A stretch of 64,000 bases of DNA from Acinetobacter phage SH-Ab 15599. The notes under the pieces were generated by a model. It was not told the origin of the DNA and made no database searches. It worked only from the letters and a program-made list of their open reading frames with translations. The position numbers and the translations under genes are program-made. The first letter of the stretch is position 1. The number at the start of each line of letters is the position of its first letter. Below are positions 18,523 through 29,040 of the stretch, piece after piece. The DNA lies in sequence record MH517022.1, one strand, 5' to 3'.

Positions 18523-19020
18523 TTATGTACCGCTCATCATACGCTTGAAGTCAATAGCATATTTGATGGCATATAGACGTTCAGACATCATTTTCTTAGA
18601 GTCTTCAAGATACTTCACAATGCGTTCTTGAACTTGAAGTTCCATTTTAGCAAGAATAAGGTCTTCATCGACCTTCATATATTCATCAACCTCTGTTTTC
18701 ATAACAGATACGCGGAGAGGTTTTTGAGCATACTCTTCCTCACTAGACTTGCCCAAATAATACTTCTTGGCCTTGTTCTTTGCAAGATCAAAACGAATAA
18801 TTTGTTTTTCCAAAGCCTTATATTCTCTTGTATAATGGCGTTGAATCATGGTATGGATCTTGACGTGGCGCAAGGCTTCAGAATCCAACATTTCTGAATT
18901 AACTTCAAGAACTTCTTCAATTTCCTTTTGAATCTGTTCAAAACGAGCTTCATTCTCAGCAATACGTTGAGAAGTTGCTTCACGGGCAGTTTGTAACGGC
19001 GTTTTTTCAGTTGACATCAC
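18523..19020 (-). CDS. coiled-coil protein (165 aa)
   Basis: Charged heptad-rich sequence. Confidence 0.4.
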   Translation of the reverse strand: MMSTEKTPLQTAREATSQRIAENEARFEQIQKEIEEVLEVNSEMLDSEALRHVKIHTMIQRHYTREYKALEKQIIRFDLAKNKAKKYYLGKSSEEEYAQKPLRVSVMKTEVDEYMKVDEDLILAKMELQVQERIVKYLEDSKKMMSERLYAIKYAIDFKRMMSGT

Positions 19021-19180
19021 TAATCTCCAATGGAATGACGTATTATAATAGAAAAATAATCACTATTATAAAAACAACTTTGTGAGTGGACAAAATTTTT
19101 CTAAATCCATAAAAAATGCCCTGTAGGAATCAGGGCGAAAGGTGTGTTATTTTAACAAGACACACGGTAGTGCGGTACAG

Positions 19181-19891
19181 TTAATAACTCGATGTTAAAT
19201 TCATCTGAGAATTGATAATACTACTGATTGCTACAATATCATTTAAATCAATTAATGTTTCTAGATTAATTTTAATATTATAGTAATCCCCCATATCTTG
19301 AAAAGAGTGAGTCAATGATAAATCGTCTTTGACAAGCTCTTTGATATCAATATATGGGTTACCAGTTGAATCAATACCAAGACCGCAAAATGCATGATAC
19401 ATTCCATATAGGTCTTGTTTTCCTCTCAAATGACCAGTGATCATAAAAGAACCATGAACGGTTTGACCAATAAGAGGTTTATCAATGTTCAATTCATAGG
19501 CTGTATGAACTTGGTTGATAGAAGTCCTTTGAATATCCGTTGTTACAGGGAAGAAGTCAAACAGCTCATAACCATCCATCTTACGGAGATTGGCTGTAGC
19601 CGTTACTTCATAGAACCCGTTTAAACGTTTATCAAGAGAGTTGTGAACCTTAATCACATGTCCTTCTTTCAGGAAACTACCTTGTTGTGCATCTGTTAAA
19701 GCCTGATTGATGTCACTATAGTCTTTTACAACCTGAATGAAATTTCTCTGTTGAATGGATGCATCAATTCCAGCCATGGTTCTGATCTTACGACCATCTT
19801 CAAGCTCAACTGTGTCCTTCACACCCCCATTTACAAATCTGTTTAATTTGAAAATAAGAGTTTTTAATGCAGAAATAGATACTTCCATCAT
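19181..19891 (-). CDS. hypothetical protein (236 aa)
   Basis: ORF. Confidence 0.45.
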   Translation of the reverse strand: MMEVSISALKTLIFKLNRFVNGGVKDTVELEDGRKIRTMAGIDASIQQRNFIQVVKDYSDINQALTDAQQGSFLKEGHVIKVHNSLDKRLNGFYEVTATANLRKMDGYELFDFFPVTTDIQRTSINQVHTAYELNIDKPLIGQTVHGSFMITGHLRGKQDLYGMYHAFCGLGIDSTGNPYIDIKELVKDDLSLTHSFQDMGDYYNIKINLETLIDLNDIVAISSIINSQMNLTSSY

Positions 19892-20631
19892 TACATCTCC
19901 GCTAATTTGTAAACAGTGATTGTAGTTCCGGAACCAATTGTAACTTCGACCTTCACAGTATCGCCTTCAACATACATACGGTTGACTTTAACAAGATCAA
20001 AGTTGTTACCAATATAACCTTGAGTTGTCCAATATGTATTAGCGCCTTTAACGCAACCAGTGAACTCTACATTACAGATGTCATTAGAGGTTTCAGCGCG
20101 AATCAAAAGCTTAACGGTGTTGTATTCAAAACGGTTGAATGAATAAACCATTTTGTTGCCGCCTGTTAATTCAGCGATATCTGCCTGCTTAGCATCCTTT
20201 GTCCATTTACAAGGGATCCATTGTTTCAAAACGCCATCATAGTATTCAAGAGATTGAACACCACCTTTGTTTTTCAACAAAGAGACTTCATTGCCTTTCA
20301 AACCAGCGCTTGGAACATTTGAAGAACGTTCTGTGGTATCTTGGAAAGTACCAACAAACCCTCTCTTGAGTTTATCGAGAGCGATTTTGTCATCTTCAGA
20401 AAATATAACAGAACCGTCAATGGTTTCAAATAGAGTTTTCAACCATTCTGGATCGTCAAATTTCAATTTCCAGTCATAGAGATACTTCACAGAGTCAGCT
20501 GAAGCGACTTTATCAGCGCCCCCACCAAGACCGTCTGCTACAATATCATCTAATGAAATTTTTCCAGCAACAGAAGCCAAGATTTTATCAATCTCGGCCC
20601 CTGTATAACGACTTAAAAAACTATTAGCCAT
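19891..20631 (-). CDS. hypothetical protein (about 246 aa; I prefer an internal ATG start because it has a good SD)
   Basis: AAGAGGA lies 8 nt upstream of ATG GCT (MANSFLS...). The ORF track's longer form would start at 20679. Confidence 0.45.
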   Translation of the reverse strand: MANSFLSRYTGAEIDKILASVAGKISLDDIVADGLGGGADKVASADSVKYLYDWKLKFDDPEWLKTLFETIDGSVIFSEDDKIALDKLKRGFVGTFQDTTERSSNVPSAGLKGNEVSLLKNKGGVQSLEYYDGVLKQWIPCKWTKDAKQADIAELTGGNKMVYSFNRFEYNTVKLLIRAETSNDICNVEFTGCVKGANTYWTTQGYIGNNFDLVKVNRMYVEGDTVKVEVTIGSGTTITVYKLAEM

Positions 20632-20962
20632 TATCATTGTCCTCTTTTGATGAGCCCAACTTATTGGCGCCAGGCACAATGCTCTTCAACCAGCTCATAC
20701 CGTCCTTCTCAAGTAAGGCTAAAATTGGGTATGAAAGGAACCCCAAAATCATAAACAGACCATCTCTGTAATATAAATCTTTAGGGACAAATGACCCAGC
20801 TACGTTACCAACGAAGAATGCGATAACAATGGAAGCAAGAAGCAACCAACCGTTAAATGGTTCTTTGGATTGAGTCAATCTGTAGATGTAGGAAGCTATA
20901 CCGCCAAAAATGCCAACTCCACCTGCGATCAACAGTTCATAAAAACGCTCAAATAAGTTCAC
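20624..20962 (-). CDS. membrane protein with 3 TM helices (112 aa); possibly holin-like or an ac-like membrane protein
   Basis: Three hydrophobic helices and a charged C-terminus. It lies directly downstream of gene 52. Confidence 0.4.
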   Translation of the reverse strand: MNLFERFYELLIAGGVGIFGGIASYIYRLTQSKEPFNGWLLLASIVIAFFVGNVAGSFVPKDLYYRDGLFMILGFLSYPILALLEKDGMSWLKSIVPGANKLGSSKEDNDNG

Positions 20963-21067
20963 AGGATATATCCCCTTGTGTTCAGGGAGTATCTCCCTGC
21001 CGCAGACATCTAGTGCCCTTTAAAAAGGGCGTCTGTAGAACGCCCTTTGATTCATGAAGGTATTTAA

Positions 21068-22462
21068 TCAAACTTTCACAGATTCAATATCGGCAGCTAA
21101 AAGGAACTCTGGCGTTTTCTTTTCCAATTCATTGTATTCAGATTGAGCCTTTTGAAGTAACTTTTGAACTCTCTCAATACGTTCATCAGTTAATGCTAAA
21201 ATGTCTGATTCTAAGAATCGTTTAATGAGAGCATCATTATCAACAATATTTCTCAGCTCTGATTCAATTTCTGGACGCTTCTTTTTCAACAGTTCTGGAT
21301 TTGCTAACCAGAATTTAATATACTTGATGAGAGATTCATACCAGTGTACGTGATACTCTAACAACTCAAGCTTGTAATTCTTACGCACTTGAATCCACCA
21401 AAGGCGTTCTTCAATCCAATATTTCAATAGATCAGTAGCAGAATCAAAAGACTTGATACAGTTGTCAAAACCCCATACATTGATATTTTCAGTAAATGAG
21501 CTGTTCAATTTGAAGATGGAATGCAACTTATCAATTGTTTGTTTACCAAATTCTCTGCTGTGACGTATAATGATTTTCCAATTGCCTTCTGTAGATTCAT
21601 CATCAAATGATACAATCTTCTTGGAAGTTAACAAAGGTAATAATACGCGCTGTTTGTACTTCTCATATTGGAACGGCGAGAACGGAGGCAAGTCTGTAAT
21701 TGTAGTTGTAGTCTGATTGTTACGTTCAATGACACCAGTAATGATAAATTGTTTTGGGTCTTTAGCTTGAACAACCGTACCTTTGAAACCATTGAAACTT
21801 GGAATCATGAATTTTTCAGGTATCTCTTTTTCAGGAGATGTGAGATAGGCAGCAATTGCCTTTTTAATGTTAAGAATGTTTCGAGGTAAAATGTTGGACG
21901 AATAGCCAAACCCAATACCGAATCCACCGTTAATAAGAATTAAGGGCAATTTAGGAAGGAAAAAGTCTGGCTCGATCTCATCCCCGTCTGTTTCTTTATA
22001 ATTGATAATGGACAGGTCATCTTCATCAAACATTTCATCAATGGCTGTAGTACGTCGTACAAAAATGTAACGACCATCAGTTGCTCTGTTATCAATAGCT
22101 GTACCAAACTGACCTTCTTTTTGTAATAATGGATAGTTATTAGCTCCAGCAAAATCTTGAGCCAACCCGATTACAGACTCAATAAGAGAGCTTTCCCCGT
22201 GTTGATAATGCGTCTTGCTTGAGGTAAATGAAGCAAGGTTGTTAACCTTAACACTTTCTCCCTCTTTGATTTCTTTCATTACGGTGTAGATGACCTTGCG
22301 CTGAGACATCTTCAAACCATCTACAGCAGACGGGATAGAACGTTCATTATCATATTGAACGTATGGTTTAAAATCATTTTCAATGAATTCATTAATTGGA
22401 ACTATTTGAACGTCAAACATGTTTCTGGTACTCTGAAATGAAATAGGGATATCATAAGACAT
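21068..22462 (-). CDS. 52: DNA topoisomerase II medium subunit (gp52, GyrA-like)
   Basis: DGLKMSQRKVIY is the GyrA/ParC active-site region. The length and context fit. Confidence 0.85.
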   Translation of the reverse strand: MSYDIPISFQSTRNMFDVQIVPINEFIENDFKPYVQYDNERSIPSAVDGLKMSQRKVIYTVMKEIKEGESVKVNNLASFTSSKTHYQHGESSLIESVIGLAQDFAGANNYPLLQKEGQFGTAIDNRATDGRYIFVRRTTAIDEMFDEDDLSIINYKETDGDEIEPDFFLPKLPLILINGGFGIGFGYSSNILPRNILNIKKAIAAYLTSPEKEIPEKFMIPSFNGFKGTVVQAKDPKQFIITGVIERNNQTTTTITDLPPFSPFQYEKYKQRVLLPLLTSKKIVSFDDESTEGNWKIIIRHSREFGKQTIDKLHSIFKLNSSFTENINVWGFDNCIKSFDSATDLLKYWIEERLWWIQVRKNYKLELLEYHVHWYESLIKYIKFWLANPELLKKKRPEIESELRNIVDNDALIKRFLESDILALTDERIERVQKLLQKAQSEYNELEKKTPEFLLAADIESVKV

Positions 22463-22483
22463 CCCTGTAGATAAGTTTAATTA

Positions 22484-22849
22484 TCAATAATTAAAGGCGC
22501 GGAAGGAAACTGTATTATATTTGTCAGTCTGAGCGCTCAAGTGTTGACACTGTTGATAACCGCAATATTGATCTAAAGTGTCATCGCTCAATAGAGCAAA
22601 TTGGATAGCTTTGAAAATCTTATTGGTGGCAGTATCTGGGAATTGAACATTCTTCACCAAAACATCGCAAATGTTTCTTTGAAGATTCAAGTCCATGAGA
22701 CTAGAGTCAACTTCAACCAAATACGCAGAAATGGTGTTTCCGCTGGCCTTCATTGCAATAGCTTGAGGGCCAGTTTCATCTATGATAGTATAGTCATAGA
22801 AAGCCTGGAGTGTTACATTATAGATAGCCATTAGTGAGATGTCTCGCAA
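22484..22849 (-). CDS. hypothetical protein (121 aa)
   Basis: ORF. Confidence 0.4.
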   Translation of the reverse strand: MRDISLMAIYNVTLQAFYDYTIIDETGPQAIAMKASGNTISAYLVEVDSSLMDLNLQRNICDVLVKNVQFPDTATNKIFKAIQFALLSDDTLDQYCGYQQCQHLSAQTDKYNTVSFRAFNY

Positions 22850-23178
22850 TTTGGGATAAATTTATGACGTAGTGGTTCTGGAACTGTTCCTGCGCTCCAC
22901 ACATTGTTTGATTCAAATGTCGTTCCATCTTTCAATTTGAATTTAAACAAACGACCAGCATGTCCCAAAAATGAACGATCTCGCTCAGTGACGTTAGGTT
23001 TATGACCTCCATCAGACAGTGTTACATACCATTGGTTTACCAATAGCTTTCCATTCTGGTACTTGATATACGCTTCATCCCAGAAATTACAATAGAAACA
23101 TGTAGAATGATCTGGGCAATTATAGTCGCATTTTTCAGTTGACATTTTAGGTTTATCAGTCATATTGAATCTCCGCAA
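22831..23178 (-). CDS. Cys-rich putative zinc-binding protein (115 aa)
   Basis: CDYNCPDHSTCFYCNF is a Cys cluster. Confidence 0.4.
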   Translation of the reverse strand: MRRFNMTDKPKMSTEKCDYNCPDHSTCFYCNFWDEAYIKYQNGKLLVNQWYVTLSDGGHKPNVTERDRSFLGHAGRLFKFKLKDGTTFESNNVWSAGTVPEPLRHKFIPNCETSH

Positions 23179-23554
23179 ACCAGTGAGCTTTGTTTTGAGG
23201 CTTCATACGAGCGGCAAAGTATGAAATTGGACGAGCGTAAGCCTCTCCCTTTGAATTAACATATGAGACCATTACAGGCCAGTTCTCTGTTGTAGAGTTA
23301 AGAACAGCCAACACCTTATACGGTTCCCCTTTGCCCTTATGGATGCATTCGTCCCCTTCTTCAATATTGTAACGCCCGTGATAAGTTGGATAACCGTATT
23401 CATTCATATGACCGCCGCCACAACCTTCACAACCCTGAGGCCAAGATTTAAATTCCCATTGGAAATCATCAGCTTGTTCTCCCATAGTCAAATCATTTTC
23501 ATCCGCGTCAACGCCCATTACGAGCTGAGTGCATTGTGCACAGAAATCAGCCAT
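23156..23554 (-). CDS. zinc-ribbon plus DUF1653-like protein (132 aa)
   Basis: CAQC...CEGCGGGH at the N-terminus. PYKVLAVLNSTTENWPVMVSYVNSKGEAYARPISYF resembles DUF1653. Confidence 0.4.
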   Translation of the reverse strand: MADFCAQCTQLVMGVDADENDLTMGEQADDFQWEFKSWPQGCEGCGGGHMNEYGYPTYHGRYNIEEGDECIHKGKGEPYKVLAVLNSTTENWPVMVSYVNSKGEAYARPISYFAARMKPQNKAHWFAEIQYD

Positions 23555-23747
23555 TTATTCTCTCCAATTAAAAACTATTATTGCCAATATAAAACAAAGG
23601 ACTGCTAAAAATCCAAACAGAAAAATAAGTAACTTCATAGCAGTCGAATAATCCATTACTATTCTCCTTTACAAAATAAACAAGCTATACAGACAGCAAA
23701 TGAAGTTGCGAGTATAGAGAACGCTCCCGAAAATATAGCAACCCCAA

Positions 23748-24494
23748 TCATTGGTTAATTTCCAAAATAAACTGAAGATTACCAAAGCCTTGTTTCTTGA
23801 ACAAAGCGATTTCTCCAATCTTTATCCCAGGATATTCAGCGTCCATCAATGGGCCGTATTCTGAACAGTTGACTTTGATATCTTTGCCTAGTTTAAATCC
23901 AGAATGAATAGCCTCGATAACAGCTTCAGGAGTTTTCAAATAACGTTTGTATTGAATAGGAGACGTTTTGATTGAACCTTTGTTAACAACAACTGCGTTC
24001 TTATCAGTGAAAACATTATGCATAGGGATATAAGAATCTCCCCAGAAAGATTCCTTTCGGTGAGGTTGAATCCACATCTTGGCACCAATACAACCCTCAG
24101 CATCTACTACAAATTTGTAAGTTATATTGTCAATCATCAAACGGAAATCTTCCAAATCAACTTCTTCAAAATGTTTAGCTGCATAAGCCATATCAATAGC
24201 AGTCGCTTGTTTTGATGCCACTTTGAAAGCAACGTAGTGTTTACCTGCTTCGACAACTGTTTTGTTACCATTGATGATAATAGCATCAATGTTTTCTTTG
24301 AATGTTGGTTTAGGAATTACAGAACCAAAATGAAAATCTATGAGCTTTTGAGAAGCTGGAGCAAGAGTTGAGATGAAAGTTGGAATATAATTTTGACCCG
24401 TATGGTTGAACGGCGTTACAATGTAAAAATCATCTTTGTCGTATTTGTTAACAAGAATTTTTTGAAAACCAGAAATATAGAAGCCTTCAGACAT
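23748..24494 (-). CDS. hypothetical protein (248 aa)
   Basis: ORF. Confidence 0.45.
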   Translation of the reverse strand: MSEGFYISGFQKILVNKYDKDDFYIVTPFNHTGQNYIPTFISTLAPASQKLIDFHFGSVIPKPTFKENIDAIIINGNKTVVEAGKHYVAFKVASKQATAIDMAYAAKHFEEVDLEDFRLMIDNITYKFVVDAEGCIGAKMWIQPHRKESFWGDSYIPMHNVFTDKNAVVVNKGSIKTSPIQYKRYLKTPEAVIEAIHSGFKLGKDIKVNCSEYGPLMDAEYPGIKIGEIALFKKQGFGNLQFILEINQ

Positions 24495-24593
24495 TTTGAT
24501 ACTCCAATGAGCGATAGTAATTAAAAACCCTTAGATGGGTTACATCTAAGGGCTATTATAATGAACATTTTGTTCTGGTTTTAAAATCAAGTT

Positions 24594-24806
24594 TTATTCT
24601 AAAACCAACAATGTTTCAAAACGAGGAGTTGTATCCTTCAAATAGGAACCAACTCTGAATGACTTGTAATCAACGCCTTTTAGTGTTTGTTTCCCCTTGG
24701 GTCGTATAAAAAGACCTCTATGTTTCAAGAACTTCTTCAAATCATGAATGGTCTTGAAATGACGTTCTACCATACGTTTCCGTTCATCAATAGTGATTAC
24801 AAGCAT
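24594..24806 (-). CDS. small hypothetical protein (70 aa)
   Basis: ORF. Confidence 0.3.
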   Translation of the reverse strand: MLVITIDERKRMVERHFKTIHDLKKFLKHRGLFIRPKGKQTLKGVDYKSFRVGSYLKDTTPRFETLLVLE

Positions 24807-24817
24807 GAATCAATTCC

Positions 24818-25021
24818 TTAGAATGGAGAGTCTGCAACAATATTTACGATAATATCTGTCATGTTGTGTTTAGAGACTTCATGGCTGACGCCTTTCACAA
24901 TATAACGTTTTTGATTAATGAAAACGTCTTCATTCTTACGAGGAACCACTTGGGCATTATTATCAACGTAAATCAGTTGAGTTTTGTCTCTGTATTTAAT
25001 AATCATGTTAAAGCTACCCAC
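24818..25021 (-). CDS. small hypothetical protein (67 aa)
   Basis: An ORF overlapping the start of gene 39. Confidence 0.3.
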   Translation of the reverse strand: MGSFNMIIKYRDKTQLIYVDNNAQVVPRKNEDVFINQKRYIVKGVSHEVSKHNMTDIIVNIVADSPF

Positions 25022-26856
25022 TCTTTGCGGTCATCTGCGCGGTCTGGGTCAAATGATAAAGACAGAAGTGGATCATCTCGTTCTTCATCATATTCAACTT
25101 GAACGTAACAGTCTGGATTTGAAAGGAATGAAAGGAATTTTACAGAATCATGTGAACCTAGACCTTTACAGTATTTGGTTACTGCTTTAGGTTTATCTTC
25201 AATGAACTCTTTATAACTTCTTTCGTCATAAAAATCATATTCTTTGTTCTTATATTTCACCAAGAAAATAGGTGTGTTCAAGAACATGATACGACCTTGT
25301 TTCAACAATTCAGGGAAGAAATTTTTGAAGAACAAAACTAACAACCCACGAATATGCATACCGTCTAGGTCGGCATCTGATGCGATCACAACTTTTTTGT
25401 AGCGCATCTTATCGTAATTGGTATCACCCAACTTCAAATTCAAAATGCTAAGCACATAAAGAATCTCTTGTGTGAATACCGACTTCACATCTTTGTCATA
25501 ACTGTTTTCGGGTTTACCGCGTAAGGGGAATAAACCGTGGATTTTAGGGTCAGAAGCAGCCTTGAATGGGTTTAGGGCTGAGTCCCCCTCTGCCAAGAAC
25601 AAAATACACTGATCTCGGTTTGTAGATGTAGCTGGTCGATATTTTGGAATATCGTGGTAACCAGCTTTGCGAATAGCTTCAACCTCAGCTTCCATCTCTT
25701 TGAGGCCATTCAACAATTGACGGCGTTTAGCCCACTCAACAATAGAGGCAACAGTTGGTGACGCCAACAATTGTTTAATGAATTTCTCTGATAACTTCAG
25801 TTGACTTCCATAGTCTTTTACAGAAGTGATCAACTTCTCTTTGGTCTGAGAGTTATAACGGGGGTTGTTAATCTTACAATCAATGAACAAACGCAAATTG
25901 TTTTTGATGTCTGATGGTGGCACTTTCTGTTTTGTTTTCTTTTCAATGTGAGATCGAACTGCCTCTACAATTTTTTCAGAAACATAATCAACATGAGTAC
26001 CGCCGTCAAAAGAAGGGGTAGAGTTTACAAATGATACATGCTTGAAACCATCTTTTGAAAGACTAACGCCAATGATCCAACGGTCTTGAGATTGAATTGT
26101 ACATTCTGGCTCGTAAGCCTTGATGAAGTCTTCAAATGTATTGATATTGATCTTCTTTCCGTTATAGAAAACTTCAAGATTAGGGTTGGTGAACGCAATT
26201 TCATAACAACGGCGTTCAATTAAACGTAACGTATCAATATCAAAACTAGCATTAAGAATTGATAAATCGGGTTTATATGAAATTGTTGTACCATTACCAC
26301 AAGGCATCATCTCTGAAACATCTGGTTCGGTACGGGTTTTCATATGATCAGTAAAGACCTGATTGAACATCATACCTTTATAAACAGTTTGTACTCTGAA
26401 CTCTTTTGAGAAGATGTTAACCAGAGAAGCCCCTTCACCGTTTTGTCCAGTTGTAAGAGAGTCTGCATCATCGCTGAAGTTGGAGCCTGAGCGCAACTCA
26501 CCAAAGATCATCTCAGGGATGTATTGGTTATATTCAGGGTGTTTGACAACTGGAATACCGCCATTATCTCTTACAACAATACGACCTTCAACTGGATCAA
26601 CATCAACAGTGATTTTGTTTAGGTTTTTACCTTCTTTGGTGCGAGCGTGGTCAGCAGAGTTTGAAATAATTTCATCAAACAGTTTATGGAAAGCTGGAGA
26701 TGATACCAAAGTACCCTCTACAATCTTTCCATCTTCAATATACCAAGTCTTCAACTCAACTGGGTTGATAGAGCCAACATAACGGGCTGGACGTAACAAG
26801 ACGTGATCAATCTCGTCAAGTTTTTTATACTTTGCCCATTCTTGATTTTCACTCAT
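25003..26856 (-). CDS. 39: DNA topoisomerase II large subunit, fused gp39+gp60 equivalent (GyrB-like ATPase plus Toprim)
   Basis: EIISNSADH is the GHKL N-box, LAEGDSA is Toprim, and the C-terminal YCKGLGS matches the GyrB YKGLG motif. It is a single 617-aa ORF with no gene-60 split. Confidence 0.85.
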   Translation of the reverse strand: MSENQEWAKYKKLDEIDHVLLRPARYVGSINPVELKTWYIEDGKIVEGTLVSSPAFHKLFDEIISNSADHARTKEGKNLNKITVDVDPVEGRIVVRDNGGIPVVKHPEYNQYIPEMIFGELRSGSNFSDDADSLTTGQNGEGASLVNIFSKEFRVQTVYKGMMFNQVFTDHMKTRTEPDVSEMMPCGNGTTISYKPDLSILNASFDIDTLRLIERRCYEIAFTNPNLEVFYNGKKININTFEDFIKAYEPECTIQSQDRWIIGVSLSKDGFKHVSFVNSTPSFDGGTHVDYVSEKIVEAVRSHIEKKTKQKVPPSDIKNNLRLFIDCKINNPRYNSQTKEKLITSVKDYGSQLKLSEKFIKQLLASPTVASIVEWAKRRQLLNGLKEMEAEVEAIRKAGYHDIPKYRPATSTNRDQCILFLAEGDSALNPFKAASDPKIHGLFPLRGKPENSYDKDVKSVFTQEILYVLSILNLKLGDTNYDKMRYKKVVIASDADLDGMHIRGLLVLFFKNFFPELLKQGRIMFLNTPIFLVKYKNKEYDFYDERSYKEFIEDKPKAVTKYCKGLGSHDSVKFLSFLSNPDCYVQVEYDEERDDPLLSLSFDPDRADDRKEWVALT

Positions 26857-27050
26857 TTGGGTAAATCTCCAAAATCAAATACTTTAACACTTAGGTGACT
26901 TGGTACACCTTGGTTGTCACGGTTCTTCAGAATTTTACATTCAACGGGTTGACCATTTTGATTTTCTATGATATTGCGTTTAGCAACTTGTCTATCAGCA
27001 AACACAGAAATGAACATTTGTTCTAAATCAGCAGGCATTTGAACGCTCAT
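26853..27050 (-). CDS. small hypothetical protein (65 aa)
   Basis: ORF. Confidence 0.3.
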   Translation of the reverse strand: MSVQMPADLEQMFISVFADRQVAKRNIIENQNGQPVECKILKNRDNQGVPSHLSVKVFDFGDLPK

Positions 27051-27448
27051 GATTGTTTATCCACAAATTCAATGAAGTCAGCTGGAGTTTCAATTTCAAC
27101 GACATCCAACTCATCTAAAATAGATAGGTCGCAGTCTCGGCTGATGTTCATGTAATCATCTTTCTTGCGAACAATATGTTTTCCATGACCAAATAGAGCT
27201 ACGTGACCAATACCATATTGCTGAACAATACTTGAGTCATGACGTGTTAACATCACTGGCGCAAACGTTCCATTACCGCGCTTATAGTTGTCTTTTAGAA
27301 TGTCTTTAGCAGCCTGAGTAATACAAGAGTGTTTAGTTGAAACAACTATGCCTAAAGGAGAATTGGCGATAAGGTCTTTGCTTTCTAAATCAGAATGAGC
27401 AGCAACCATTCCCTTGTATTCAAAGATATGTAATGTATATTTTTTCAT
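27047..27448 (-). CDS. hypothetical protein (133 aa)
   Basis: ORF. Confidence 0.4.
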   Translation of the reverse strand: MKKYTLHIFEYKGMVAAHSDLESKDLIANSPLGIVVSTKHSCITQAAKDILKDNYKRGNGTFAPVMLTRHDSSIVQQYGIGHVALFGHGKHIVRKKDDYMNISRDCDLSILDELDVVEIETPADFIEFVDKQS

Positions 27449-27514
27449 TTATAAAGCCCCAAGGCTGATTAGCATTGGGGCTATTATATTCTCAGATATG
27501 TTAGAGATAGAAAA

Positions 27515-28996
27515 TCAAATTTGCATCATTATAGAATTAATTGGATGCCCTTCTTCAACATAGATGCTCAGACGTTCTCCGGCAAATTCCATTGACTTGT
27601 TCTTCTTGCCACTGAATTGCATAATATCAAAGATATCATAGATATAAGCAATATCTTTTGAATCATGCAGACGCAATAGACGACCAATGGATTGTTGAAT
27701 TGAAATGTTAGTCTTTCTAGGGTGAGCATATACCAAGTTATGAAGCTTCTTGATACTGATACCAGTTGAGGTTGTACCATAGGTTGCTAACAGAACAATA
27801 TCATCTCCGCGTTCAATGATAGCTTTGATATCATCCCGTTCTTCAACTTTGATATCTCCATGAATAACAAAATGGTAAACGCCCTTCTCAGTAAGCTTAG
27901 CACTGATTATTTCAATATGCTCAATGTTATTGAATAAGAATAGGCTATTTCCTTTCAGTCTTGATGCAAGGCGTACAATAACATCATTACGAGGTTCATA
28001 CTCAATAAGAAAGTCCATCTCGTCTCTATAGTTTGGATTATTACGCCACTTTCTTCTCACTTCTGTCGGATATTCCAATCCAATCATGTTAACAACGGTT
28101 TTAGTGGCTAATCCTCTGTCTTGAAGTTCTTTTGTTGAGATGAGACGTAATGAGTCACCAAAATGTTTAGCAACCTTCATTCTATGATCTTCACTGTTAC
28201 GTCTTAATGTAGCAGTTAGACCTAGACGTTGCCAACAGTTGATACAGTTATTAGCAATATTATCAAGAGTGTCAGAACCGAAAGTGTGAGCTTCATCTCC
28301 CATAAGGAAATTGAACCCATAAAAATACTCTCTTTCTTGCTTCCCAAGAGTTTGCCAAGTGCAGATGATAATCTGTTTTCTTGAATAAGGAGATACGCCG
28401 TCACCAGCCTTATGACAATTCATATCTACTGACCAATTAGAGTCATGAGATGAATAATCTCCAAAGTCAGCGTATGTCTGATTCACTAATTGTAAAGTTG
28501 GGACAACAATAAGAATCTTGCCTTCCTCTCCCATCATCTCTTGCCAAAATCTACAACATAGATATTGTAATAGAGTCTTACCAGCAGATGTAGCAGCCAA
28601 AGCCAAATATCTTGAATACTTGATACTGTTGTATAGACCTTCTACTTGGTAGTCATAAGGAGTTATTTTGTTACCGCCGCTTCTAATATCAAGATTGTCA
28701 ACCCATTCTTGAATATCTTTGCGCTCGATTGGTCTGATGATTTCTTTAATACATTCCTGGATGTCTGCTTTTTCTTCGTATAATTTACAATAACTGAGAA
28801 CCATGGATAACATACCAGATGGAAATGTTCCATTTTTTCTATTGAACAGGCGCTTCTTTCCATCCCATTTTGAGAATTGATTTTGTTGGAACTCTGGTTC
28901 CTTATATCTCATTTCTTCGTACAAGCTCTGAATCAGACTCTCATTATCGGTCTCAATAAAGAATGTACTTGCATTTACAGCGCCGATATAAGCCAT
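27515..28996 (-). CDS. uvsW: UvsW-like SF2 DNA helicase
   Basis: KITPYDYQVEGL matches the T4 UvsW N-motif. AATSAGKT is Walker A, MGDEAH is motif II and TYGTTSTGISIKKL is the motif V region. Confidence 0.8.
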   Translation of the reverse strand: MAYIGAVNASTFFIETDNESLIQSLYEEMRYKEPEFQQNQFSKWDGKKRLFNRKNGTFPSGMLSMVLSYCKLYEEKADIQECIKEIIRPIERKDIQEWVDNLDIRSGGNKITPYDYQVEGLYNSIKYSRYLALAATSAGKTLLQYLCCRFWQEMMGEEGKILIVVPTLQLVNQTYADFGDYSSHDSNWSVDMNCHKAGDGVSPYSRKQIIICTWQTLGKQEREYFYGFNFLMGDEAHTFGSDTLDNIANNCINCWQRLGLTATLRRNSEDHRMKVAKHFGDSLRLISTKELQDRGLATKTVVNMIGLEYPTEVRRKWRNNPNYRDEMDFLIEYEPRNDVIVRLASRLKGNSLFLFNNIEHIEIISAKLTEKGVYHFVIHGDIKVEERDDIKAIIERGDDIVLLATYGTTSTGISIKKLHNLVYAHPRKTNISIQQSIGRLLRLHDSKDIAYIYDIFDIMQFSGKKNKSMEFAGERLSIYVEEGHPINSIMMQI

Positions 28997-29040
28997 TGTT
29001 GGTCACTCTGTGGAAATTCATATTACTTATGAATATTAAG

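Noticed and set aside
26414-26782. A + strand 122-aa ORF inside gene 39 (and similar internal ORFs at 13537-13719, 28222-28404, 37003-37231, 43359-43571 and elsewhere)
   Set aside because: They are nested antisense or alternate-frame ORFs within strongly supported long genes.
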